64,000 nucleotides of DNA, taken from positions 263,614 through 327,613 of the forward strand of contig MFPR01000028.1 in assembly GCA_001784175.1 (NCBI GenBank). Reading direction: 5' to 3'. The number at the start of each line of letters is the position of its first letter. The first letter of the stretch is position 1. Source of the DNA: Candidatus Lindowbacteria bacterium RIFCSPLOWO2_12_FULL_62_27. Lineage in GTDB: Bacteria > Lindowbacteria > 2-12-FULL-62-27. Under the pieces are notes generated by a model, which was not told where the DNA came from, did no database searches, and worked only from the letters and a program-made list of their open reading frames with translations. The position numbers were made by a program, and so were the translations under genes. Below are positions 18,911-27,435 of the stretch, piece after piece.

Positions 18911-19597
18911 TCAACGGTCGACCGGAACGATCCGGCTGTAGGCCGGGTCGAGCCGGAGTTTCATGCGGCCGGCGCGGCGCGTTTCCGTGTCGGTGCGCCA
19001 GAGGGCGCGGCCTTCGAGGAGGATGGCGCGGGCGGCCGGGAAGAACGTGGAGTGGGCCGCCGTGGCGGAGGCGCTTTCGGTCCGGATGTCGGGCTCCACA
19101 GCGTCGATGCGGTCGAGCGAGAGGGGGCCGGCGGCGGCCGCCGCGCGGAAGGAAAGGGGCTCGCGGTCGAACCGGACGGCGTCCCGGGCGGACCAGGCGC
19201 CTTCGCCGAAGGAAATCTCCATCGACGATGCCGTAAAGCGGCCGCCGTAGTACAGGCGTCCGGAAATTTCCTTGAGAGAGATTCGGCCGGAATCAGGCGC
19301 CTCCATGCGTGCCTGGCCGGCGCGGGCGATGAGGTTCAGGAAGACCAGGTTATTCCGGTAAAACGCCACATCCACCGAATCCATGTCGACGCGGTCGCTT
19401 CCCCAGAGCGCCGCCGTTTCGCCGTGGATCTCGACAAACCGCTCCTCGCCGGTCTGGTACCGCAGGACGTACTGATGGAGGCGGGTGTGACCCGCGTCCG
19501 GCGCCGCCGGCTCGTGCCCGGGGCGACCGGGGCTCGATCCGCAGGCGGCGAGCAAGAGAAGCGGGAACAAGAGAACAACTCGATCAAGTCTCACCAT
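18911..19597 (-). CDS. hypothetical lipoprotein
   Basis: MVRLDRVVLLFPLLLLAACGSS lipobox. Confidence 0.6.
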   Translation of the reverse strand: MVRLDRVVLLFPLLLLAACGSSPGRPGHEPAAPDAGHTRLHQYVLRYQTGEERFVEIHGETAALWGSDRVDMDSVDVAFYRNNLVFLNLIARAGQARMEAPDSGRISLKEISGRLYYGGRFTASSMEISFGEGAWSARDAVRFDREPLSFRAAAAAGPLSLDRIDAVEPDIRTESASATAAHSTFFPAARAILLEGRALWRTDTETRRAGRMKLRLDPAYSRIVPVDR

Positions 19598-19641
19598 CGT
19601 GAAACAATAACCCAAAAGAATCCGTGCGGCAATGTGGGCGG

Positions 19642-21948
19642 TCAGGGAACCGTGAACGCCGCCGTCCGCGTGTTGTTGAGTTCGTTCGATTCATGGACCC
19701 AGTTGAGGGAATCGACCTCGACGGTGACCGTGTAGAACCCGGCCGGGAGTCCGGCGTTAAAGAGGAAATTTGAGTACGTTTCACTTCCGGGCGAAAAAAT
19801 CGAGTTGATGCTTTCGGACTTCTCTCCGATCTGGACACCGTCCCGGTATATCCGGCATCGGGCCGCGATGCTGGACGACGGCCCGGCGCCTTGGTTTCTG
19901 TATACCGCCCGGAGCCTGAACGCCGACCCGGCCGCCGGCGTCTGTGGATCGAGCGCAAGCGACGTCACCGTCCAGTCGGGTTTCTCCACCGCGGGAACCA
20001 CCGTAAACGCGGCTGTTCTCCGGTTGTCCGCCATGTTCGCCTCCCGGCCGATGTAGTCTCCTCCCAGAAGCAGGTCCGCTTCGAACTCGTAGTTTCCCGG
20101 CTCATGAAGGACGAGGTGAACCGCGCCCGAGGGCGGACTGATCTCGCAGGTGTCTCCCGGCGCGAGCGGCCGCATCAGGTTGTAGGAGAACGCGCTCGAC
20201 TGCAAATCCGGCTGGCCGGTCTTGCGGTACTTCCATGCGACAGACACGCCGCACGGATTGAGCGTTTCGGTCCCCACGTTCCGCATCACGATTTGGACGG
20301 CGCCGTTCTGCAGTACCTCGATCGTCGACGGCACGACCGCCAGCGTCGCAAGCGCCACGTCGGGCGGCACGAGGACGCTTCCGCCGGCGCTGGTTCGGAA
20401 TGTGCCGGACCGCGAGTTATTGGACTCGTTCGATTCCTGGACCCAGTTATCCGAATCGACCTCGACGGTGACCGTGTAGGTCCCGGCCGGGAGTCCGGCG
20501 TTGAAGAGGAAATTAGAGTACGTTTCACTGCCGGGCGAAAAAATCGAGTTGATGCTTTCGGACTTCTCTCCGACCTGGACGCCGTCCCGGTATATCCGGC
20601 ATCGGACCGCGATGCTGGACGACGGCCTTGTTCCCTGGTTTCTGTATACCGCCCGGACCCTGAACGCCGACCCGGCCGCCGGCGTCTGTGGATCGAGCGT
20701 AACCGACGTCACCGTCCAGTCAGGTTTCTCCACCGCGGGGACCACCGTAAACGCGGCAGTTCTCCGGTTGTTCGCCATGTTCACCTCCCGGCCGATGTAG
20801 TCTCCTCCCAGAAGAAGGTTCGCTTCGAACTCGTAGTTTCCGGGCTCATAGAGGAAGAGGAGGAACGCGCCTGAGGGCGGAACGATCTCGCGGGTGTCCG
20901 CCGGCGCGAGCGGTTGGAGCAGGTTGTAGGAGAAGAGGCTCGATTGCAAATCCGGCTGGCCGGTCCTTCGGTACTTCCATGCGACGGACACGCCGCACGG
21001 ATTGAGCGTCTCGATCCCCACGTTCCGCATCACGATCTTGACGGTCCCATTCTGCAGGACTTCGAGGGGCGCCGGCGTGACGGTCAGCGTCGAAAGCTCC
21101 ACGTCCGGCGGAACGAGGCGGGCAGGCGTGGGTGAATCCTGGGTTCTTGATCCTGACGTATCCTGCGCGACGATCAGATTCATCGTCCTGACGGCGTTTC
21201 TCATGTAGGCCGGCCGCGCCTTGTTCCCGATGTCGGCTTCCGCCACCAGCCGATACCGGCCCGCCGGCATGCCCGTGGGGATTTCCAAGTTCAAAGTGGC
21301 GGATGCCCCGTTGGCCAGGCGTTTCCGGACCGGTTCCTCTTTTGCGGCGACCACCCTCTGACCCTTGTACATGGACAGCCGGTTGACGACGAGATTCGGC
21401 TCAACGGCGTTCGATCTATTCACGAACAGGGCGCTGGCGGTAAAGGGCGCCGAGGCCCTCGGATTCGGCGGCGTCACCCGGATTGATTTGGCTTCGATCG
21501 AGTACTTGCCCGTGACGGTGACCTTGTCCGTTCGGGCCTCCTGGATCACGATGCGGCCACTCGGACCTCCAACGCCCTCAAGCACGATCTTGCTTGCCTC
21601 GATCTCAAAGACACCTGTCTTTGCAAACACGATCTCATCCTTACGGAACGGATATGACCGGACTTCAGAGGGTTTGAGGCTCTCGGCCGCATAGAAGGCG
21701 GCCTGCCCGGCGGCGATCCATTTGCCGCCCGCGGGCCTCACTCGCATCGAAACCTCGGCACGCACAAAAGAAACGGGCTCTTTGCCGTGGTTGGCGAGGG
21801 TCACCATGAACAGCAGTTTCTGACGCGGCTCGACGCGATCGGGTGTGACGGTGAATCGCTCGAAGTCAATGACGGGCGCGTGACTTGCGGCGGCCTGAAT
21901 CGGCGCTGCGAGGCAGGCCAGTAGTAGAATGACGGGACTTATTTTCAT
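19642..21948 (-). CDS. secreted CARDB-domain repeat protein
   Basis: Start ATG (MKISPVILLLACLAAPIQAAAS) with AGGAG RBS. Repeated N-Q-G..YRDG..GE CARDB-like units. Contains two near-identical ~250-aa halves. Confidence 0.75.
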   Translation of the reverse strand: MKISPVILLLACLAAPIQAAASHAPVIDFERFTVTPDRVEPRQKLLFMVTLANHGKEPVSFVRAEVSMRVRPAGGKWIAAGQAAFYAAESLKPSEVRSYPFRKDEIVFAKTGVFEIEASKIVLEGVGGPSGRIVIQEARTDKVTVTGKYSIEAKSIRVTPPNPRASAPFTASALFVNRSNAVEPNLVVNRLSMYKGQRVVAAKEEPVRKRLANGASATLNLEIPTGMPAGRYRLVAEADIGNKARPAYMRNAVRTMNLIVAQDTSGSRTQDSPTPARLVPPDVELSTLTVTPAPLEVLQNGTVKIVMRNVGIETLNPCGVSVAWKYRRTGQPDLQSSLFSYNLLQPLAPADTREIVPPSGAFLLFLYEPGNYEFEANLLLGGDYIGREVNMANNRRTAAFTVVPAVEKPDWTVTSVTLDPQTPAAGSAFRVRAVYRNQGTRPSSSIAVRCRIYRDGVQVGEKSESINSIFSPGSETYSNFLFNAGLPAGTYTVTVEVDSDNWVQESNESNNSRSGTFRTSAGGSVLVPPDVALATLAVVPSTIEVLQNGAVQIVMRNVGTETLNPCGVSVAWKYRKTGQPDLQSSAFSYNLMRPLAPGDTCEISPPSGAVHLVLHEPGNYEFEADLLLGGDYIGREANMADNRRTAAFTVVPAVEKPDWTVTSLALDPQTPAAGSAFRLRAVYRNQGAGPSSSIAARCRIYRDGVQIGEKSESINSIFSPGSETYSNFLFNAGLPAGFYTVTVEVDSLNWVHESNELNNTRTAAFTVP
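19690..21120. repeat. tandem duplication of ~740 bp (two copies ~90% identical at nucleotide level) within the CARDB gene
   Basis: e.g. ttcgattcatggacccagtt..gaatcgacctcgacggtgaccgtgtag..ccggccgggagtccggcgtt at ~19690 and ~20430. Confidence 0.8.
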
Positions 21949-22487
21949 CTGAGTGCTCCTCCCTCGTTTTCGTAATACAGTCCGACGGCATATCTTCCCG
22001 GCGCGCCGCCCAGCAGCCAATCACGGAAAGTCCGACAGGCGCCGAGCAGAAACATGGAATCAAACGAGCGCGAGATGACGCAAGCGCGCGCGCCGGGGAT
22101 TTCCGGCGCGGCCGGTTTTCCCGCGGTCTTTGCCTGCGCCTGCGCCGCCTGGTACCTCAGCTTCAAGGACACCTTGGATCCGGCCGGGAAATACTGCACC
22201 TGCGATGTCACGATCTTGAGCACGCCCTCCACCGGAGGATTGTCAATGCCCGGCACGGCGGTGTTCAACAAATTCAAATATCCATCCCGCGTGGCCCATG
22301 CGCCTCTTATGGCCTCGACCCGATTGTCGGGCGTCTGGACCTCGCCCCGGTAATCTTGATTGGATCCATTGAAACCATAGAGTTCCCACATATAAAGCGG
22401 CGCGGCGGTTGCCGCGGTGCCGGAAAACAGGCACAGGCAAATCACGGTTACTAACATTGCGCTCCAATCTCGCTTCTTCATTGTCAT
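21945..22487 (-). CDS. hypothetical secreted protein
   Basis: In-frame ATG giving MTMKKRDWSAMLVTVICLCLFSGTAATAAP signal peptide; stop overlaps CARDB gene start (ATGA). Confidence 0.55.
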   Translation of the reverse strand: MTMKKRDWSAMLVTVICLCLFSGTAATAAPLYMWELYGFNGSNQDYRGEVQTPDNRVEAIRGAWATRDGYLNLLNTAVPGIDNPPVEGVLKIVTSQVQYFPAGSKVSLKLRYQAAQAQAKTAGKPAAPEIPGARACVISRSFDSMFLLGACRTFRDWLLGGAPGRYAVGLYYENEGGALR

Positions 22488-22649
22488 CACCCGCTCTGCC
22501 TTCTCCCTCCTGCGAGGGTTCTTGATATGACCTACCATTCGCGCCGCGAACTGAACGGAACAGTGGCAATCGCCGTGCCAGATCGTCCGGCGCGGCTGCA
22601 TATTTTCTAAGTAGCAGAGCCGAAGTCGATTAATCATTCACACAAAGTC

Positions 22650-22665
22650 TGTGATCCAGATCACA
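22650..22665. promoter_or_regulatory. perfect CRP/FNR-type palindrome TGTGA-N6-TCACA
   Basis: tgtgatccagatcaca in the divergent intergenic region. Confidence 0.6.
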
Positions 22666-22741
22666 AAGATGTTGAACGTTATAGATTTATATACGTGGGC
22701 GGATGAATCTTCAGACGGATGCACAGTTCAAAACAAACGCA

Positions 22742-22770
22742 TTGACAACCGGCGGCCGGGCGACTAAAAT
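22742..22770 (+). promoter_or_regulatory. sigma70-like promoter TTGACA-N17-TAAAAT for mqnE (near-leaderless)
   Basis: ttgacaaccggcggccgggcgactaaaat; -10 ends 12 nt before the ATG. Confidence 0.6.
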
Positions 22771-22782
22771 GCGGTTTACTTT

Positions 22783-23889
22783 ATGCAACTACACTCACGA
22801 AGCGCCGCAGACCGGATCGAGGGGAAGATCGATCGAGGGGATCGGCTGGATTTTGAAGACGGGATGGAGATTCTGACGAACTTTGACCTCTTGCGGTACG
22901 GCCGGCTGGCAAACCGCGAGCGGGAGCGGCGGCACGGGGACCGGGCGTACTACGTCATCAATTTTCATTTGAATCCGACGAACATCTGCGTCTACCGGTG
23001 CATGTTTTGCGCGTTCCGGCGGGACGAGGGTGAGGCGGGTGCGTATTTTTTTGAGGTACCGCACGCGGTGGAGCACTGCGTGGAGGCGCACCGGCGGCTG
23101 GGGTTTACGGAGATTCACATGGTCGGCGGGATGCATCCGACGCGGCACTGGGAGTATTCGCTGGATCTTCTGAGGGCGCTGAAAGCGGCGCTTCCGCAAG
23201 TGCACCTGAAGGCGTTCACGGCGGTCGAGATCCAATTTTTCGCGCGGGTGACGGGTCTGCCTGTGGAGGCGGTGCTGGAGCGCATGGTCGACGCGGGATT
23301 GGACAGCCTGCCGGGCGGCGGCGCGGAGATTTTTGCGCCGCGCGTGCGTCGCGCGATCTGCGCGGAGAAGGCGAGCGCAGAGGAGTGGCTGAGCGTGCAC
23401 CGGCTCGCGCACCGGATGGGATTGAAATCGACGTCGACGATGCTGTACGGCCACATCGAGCGCCCGGAGGAGGTCGTCGACCACATTCTGCGGATCCGCG
23501 ACCTGCAGGACGAGACGAGCGGCTTCAACGTTTTCATTCCCCTGGCCTTTCATCCCGAAAACACGAATTTCGAATCGACGCGCCGGCCGACCACCGGCCT
23601 CCGCGATCTCAAGATGCTCGTGCTGTCGCGGCTATTGCTGGACAATGTATCGCATATCAAGGCCTACTGGATCATGCTGGGCGAGAAGCTTTCGCAGGTC
23701 GCGCTGTCCTTCGGCGTCGACGATTTTGACGGCACCGTCGGCGAGGAAAAGATCACGCACATGGCCGGCGCGACCACTCCGCAGGAGTTGCCGACCGAGC
23801 GGATCCGCCGGATCATCCGGGAGGCGGGCCGGGTTCCGGTGCAGCGGGATTCGTTGTACGATCTTCTCGAGATGGCCGGGGTGGCGTGA
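22783..23889 (+). CDS. mqnE: aminodeoxyfutalosine synthase (radical SAM, futalosine pathway)
   Basis: CVYRCMFC radical-SAM CxxxCxxC; N-terminus GDRLDFEDGMEIL..RHGDRAYYVINFHLNPTN resembles MqnE rather than MqnC. Confidence 0.7.
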   Translation: MQLHSRSAADRIEGKIDRGDRLDFEDGMEILTNFDLLRYGRLANRERERRHGDRAYYVINFHLNPTNICVYRCMFCAFRRDEGEAGAYFFEVPHAVEHCVEAHRRLGFTEIHMVGGMHPTRHWEYSLDLLRALKAALPQVHLKAFTAVEIQFFARVTGLPVEAVLERMVDAGLDSLPGGGAEIFAPRVRRAICAEKASAEEWLSVHRLAHRMGLKSTSTMLYGHIERPEEVVDHILRIRDLQDETSGFNVFIPLAFHPENTNFESTRRPTTGLRDLKMLVLSRLLLDNVSHIKAYWIMLGEKLSQVALSFGVDDFDGTVGEEKITHMAGATTPQELPTERIRRIIREAGRVPVQRDSLYDLLEMAGVA

Positions 23890-24719
23890 TGGCGCGGCTG
23901 AAAATCGGGTCGGTGCCGTATTTGAACGCGCTGCCGCTGATCGAGGGGCTGGAGGACAAGGTCAGCGTCGATCTGACCTTCGCGTCTCCGGTCCAGCTCG
24001 AAGTGGATCTGGACCGGGGCGTTCTGGACGCCGCGCTGGTGCCGGTCATCACGCTCTTCGACCGGCCGCACCTGTCGATGTTTCCGTTCGCGGGGATCGC
24101 GTGCGAAGACGAAGCCGGCAGTGTCCTGTTTTTCCGCCGGCCGGGGTCGGAGTTGAAGCGGGTGGCGTATGACCGCGGCTCGCGTTCTTCCCTGACGCTT
24201 CTGCGGGTGATCCTGGCGCATGAGGGCCTGAGGCCGCAGTGGGTCCCGATGGACGCGAATCTGGACAAGATGCTCGCCGCGGCCGACGGCGCGCTTCTGA
24301 TCGGCGATGCCGCGCTGGCCGCGCGCGGCGATCCGCGCCTCGTGTTTGATCTGGGTGGGCGGTGGCGGAAGCAGACCCACATGCCGTTCGTGTTCGCGGT
24401 CTGGGCGGCTCGGACGGACCATTTGCGTCGGACCGACCTGGGGCATCTCTTGACCGACGCGTCGGCGCAGGGCCTGAACAAGCTGGTGGCGATCTCGAAC
24501 CGGGTGGCCGGCCGGGCGGGCATGTCGGCCATGGACATTCTGGTCTATTTCACGAAAAATCTACGATACCGGCTGGGGATCATTCATCTGGACGCGCTCG
24601 ATCAGTTCCGCAAGCTGAGCGCGGCGCTGCCGCCGATGTCCGAAGTTCTCGCCAGCGAAATCCCCGCCTCCCCGGCCTCTTCCAACCCCGGCGCGCCCCG
24701 TCCGGTCAAGATTCTGTGA
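23886..24719 (+). CDS. mqnA: chorismate dehydratase (futalosine pathway)
   Basis: MARLKIGSVPYLNALPL N-terminal signature of MqnA; ATGA overlap with mqnE. Confidence 0.75.
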   Translation: MMARLKIGSVPYLNALPLIEGLEDKVSVDLTFASPVQLEVDLDRGVLDAALVPVITLFDRPHLSMFPFAGIACEDEAGSVLFFRRPGSELKRVAYDRGSRSSLTLLRVILAHEGLRPQWVPMDANLDKMLAAADGALLIGDAALAARGDPRLVFDLGGRWRKQTHMPFVFAVWAARTDHLRRTDLGHLLTDASAQGLNKLVAISNRVAGRAGMSAMDILVYFTKNLRYRLGIIHLDALDQFRKLSAALPPMSEVLASEIPASPASSNPGAPRPVKIL

Positions 24720-25765
24720 CCGCCGCCGTCGCCGTCGCTGCGCGGCTGTCGGTGGACGACGCCGTCCGGCTCCACGAGCGCGCGTCCCTGCCGGAACTCG
24801 GCGAGATGGCGTTCGCGCGTCGCCGCGAGCTGCATCCGGACGGCGTGGTGACCTACGTGATCGACCGGAACATCAATTACACAAACGTGTGCGTGACCGG
24901 TTGCAGTTTCTGCGCGTTCTTCCGATACCCGCACGAGACCGGCGGCTACGTGCTGTCGCAGGCGGAGATGGACAAAAAAATTCAAGGGACGCTGGACCTC
25001 GGCGGCACGGGGATTCTGATCCAAGGCGGGCTGAACCCGCGGCTGGGGTTGAACTATTACGTGGACCTTTTTTCAGACATCCGCGAAAGATTCCCGGAGA
25101 TCCACATTCACGGCCTGTCGGCCGAAGAGATTTTCTTCATCGCGAAGATATCCAAACAATCGTTCGAGGAAGTTTTGAGCGCACTCCAGGCCGCGGGCCT
25201 CCGGACGCTGCCGGGCGGCGGCGCGGAGATTCTGGTCGACGAGCAGCGCCGGAAGGTCCACCGGTCGCAGTGCACGGCCGACGCGTGGTTCGAGATCCAC
25301 CGGACCGCGCACCGGCTGGGCCTCCGGTCGACGTGCACGCAGGTGATCGGATTTGACGAAGCGGTCGAGCAGCGGGTCCGGCACCTGGAGCGGCTGCGGG
25401 ACCTGCAGGACGAGACCGGCGGATTTACGGCGTTCATCACGTGGACGTACCAGCCGACCGATGCGCGCGGACTGGGCGGCTCGGTGACGGGGCCGAACGC
25501 ATATCTGAAGCACCTCGCGCTGTGCCGGCTTTTTTTGGACAACGTGCCGAATCTCCAGTCGTCGTGGCCGACGCAGGGCGAGAAGATCGGCCAGCTTGCG
25601 CTTTTTTTCGGCGCGAACGACATGGGCAGCACGATGATCGAGGAGAACGTCGTCGCATCGGCCGGAACGATCTATCACATGAGCGAAAAACGGGTCCGGG
25701 AGCTGATCACCGATGCGGGATTCATGCCTAAGAAAAGGACGCACCTCTACGAGCGCCTCGAATAG
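24716..25765 (+). CDS. mqnC: cyclic dehypoxanthinyl futalosine synthase (radical SAM)
   Basis: GTG start overlapping mqnA TGA; VTYVIDRNINYTNVCVTGCSFCAF matches recalled MqnC signature. Confidence 0.7.
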   Translation: MTAAVAVAARLSVDDAVRLHERASLPELGEMAFARRRELHPDGVVTYVIDRNINYTNVCVTGCSFCAFFRYPHETGGYVLSQAEMDKKIQGTLDLGGTGILIQGGLNPRLGLNYYVDLFSDIRERFPEIHIHGLSAEEIFFIAKISKQSFEEVLSALQAAGLRTLPGGGAEILVDEQRRKVHRSQCTADAWFEIHRTAHRLGLRSTCTQVIGFDEAVEQRVRHLERLRDLQDETGGFTAFITWTYQPTDARGLGGSVTGPNAYLKHLALCRLFLDNVPNLQSSWPTQGEKIGQLALFFGANDMGSTMIEENVVASAGTIYHMSEKRVRELITDAGFMPKKRTHLYERLE

Positions 25766-25766
25766 G

Positions 25767-26174
25767 GTGCCTCGAAAAACCAAACCCAAGGCAAGTCCGA
25801 AATCCGTTACAGCCGGTCGCCGCCGTGCGCGCCCCTCCGGTCCTCCGACGCTTGAGCGGCGGATTATCGACATTCTGTCGGACTTCAAAGCCGAGAACAT
25901 CCAAACCGTCCCGCTGGAAAACCATGTCGCAGATTCGTTCGTGATCGCGACCGCCACAGGCGTGCGGCACCTGCACAGCCTGGCGGAAAATCTGCTGGAG
26001 AAGATGCAATTGCAGGGCGTGCGCGCGCACCACGTCGAGGGCTACGGCGCGTCCCCGTCGGCCCGGTGGGTCCTGGTCGACTACATGGACGTCGTCGTCC
26101 ACCTCTTCACGGAGGAGGGCCGGCGGTTTTACAATCTCGACCGACTGATGGAGGAAAGGCGCCCCGCCGCGTAG
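25767..26174 (+). CDS. rsfS: ribosomal silencing factor RsfS (Iojap-like)
   Basis: DILSDFKAENI..DSFVIATATGVRHLHSLAENL..WVLVDYMDVVVHLF; GTG start uncertain, Lys/Arg-rich N-terminal extension. Confidence 0.7.
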   Translation: MPRKTKPKASPKSVTAGRRRARPSGPPTLERRIIDILSDFKAENIQTVPLENHVADSFVIATATGVRHLHSLAENLLEKMQLQGVRAHHVEGYGASPSARWVLVDYMDVVVHLFTEEGRRFYNLDRLMEERRPAA

Positions 26175-26192
26175 CCGACCCTTAAAGGGCGG

Positions 26193-27434
26193 CTACGGAG
26201 TTTTACCAGTTTTGAGAAATATCTCGACGTGTTTCAGCGCGGATTTTCGGTTGACCGGAACAGGCCGGCTCAACTTTTCGATCGAGGTCTTGGCGGATTT
26301 CACGTCCTTCAGGCCATTTCCCGAAACAAGGCACAGAACCGACGCGGTTCTGGGGATGCAGCGGTCCCGCGCGGCTCGGCGCAGCGCCGCGGCGGCGCAG
26401 GCGGCGGCCGGTTCGGCGAAGACGCCGGCCTTGCGCGCGAGGTACGGGATCGCGGCGAGGATTTCGGCGTCGGTGACTTCAACGGCGAACCCGTCCGACC
26501 GGCGGATATAATCGACCGCGAGGTCTCCGTCGCGCGGGAGGTCGACGCTGATCGAATCGGCGACCGTTGTCGCGCGCACGGGGCGCAGCCGGCCGGTCTT
26601 GAGCGCGCGCGCGATCGCGTTGCTCCGGGTGGATTGCGCCGCGATCATGCGGGGCACGCGGCGGGTCAGTCCGAGGGTTTTCAATTCGAAGAATCCCTTT
26701 GCGACGCCTGAAATGATGTTGCCGTCGCCGGTGGCGACGATGACGTACTCAGGCACGTTCCAGCCCATCTGCTCCGCGATTTCGTATGCGCATATTTTTT
26801 TCCCTTCCCGCGTGAAAGGATTCAGTCCCGTGTTGCGGTTGTAGAGTCCGAACGTCTCCGTGGCCTTCACCGAGAGATCAAATGCGTCGTCGTAGGTGCC
26901 GTCGACGGCGAAGACGGTTGCGCCGAACACGAGGAGCTGCGCGATTTTGGCTTCCGGCGCGGCCGCCGGGACGAAAATCAGCGTGCGCACGCCCACGGCC
27001 GCCGAGAGGCACGCGAGCGACGCGGCGGCGTTGCCGGTCGACGCCGCGACTACGCGGCGGCGGTTCAGGTTCAGCGCACGCAGAATCGCGACGGAGCTGG
27101 CGCGGTCCTTGAAGGACGCCGACGGCAGCCGTCCGTCGTCCTTGACCATGACCCGGCGAAATCCGGTGTCCTTCGCGAGCGCCGCCGAATCGTACAGCGG
27201 CGTATCGCCGATCAGGAGCGGGATCGAGGGCGTGTCCGCCCGCAGGGGCAGGACATCGCGCCAGCGATCCAGGCCGCACCCGCGCCGGGCGCGGACGCGG
27301 CGGGCGAGCGGCTTCGTCAGGTCAAAAACGACTTCCAGATTTTTCCCGCAGGAAGGACACCCATACACGATCCGATCCGGCCGCGGTTCGGAAAAACCGC
27401 AAAACCGGCACGACCGGCGCCAAGCCGGATTCAA
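26193..27434 (-). CDS. thrC: threonine synthase-like PLP enzyme with N-terminal zinc ribbon
   Basis: CRFCG..CPSCG Zn ribbon; SFKDR PLP-lysine motif; fold-type II PLP layout. Confidence 0.65.
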   Translation of the reverse strand: MNPAWRRSCRFCGFSEPRPDRIVYGCPSCGKNLEVVFDLTKPLARRVRARRGCGLDRWRDVLPLRADTPSIPLLIGDTPLYDSAALAKDTGFRRVMVKDDGRLPSASFKDRASSVAILRALNLNRRRVVAASTGNAAASLACLSAAVGVRTLIFVPAAAPEAKIAQLLVFGATVFAVDGTYDDAFDLSVKATETFGLYNRNTGLNPFTREGKKICAYEIAEQMGWNVPEYVIVATGDGNIISGVAKGFFELKTLGLTRRVPRMIAAQSTRSNAIARALKTGRLRPVRATTVADSISVDLPRDGDLAVDYIRRSDGFAVEVTDAEILAAIPYLARKAGVFAEPAAACAAAALRRAARDRCIPRTASVLCLVSGNGLKDVKSAKTSIEKLSRPVPVNRKSALKHVEIFLKTGKTP

Positions 27435-27435
27435 T

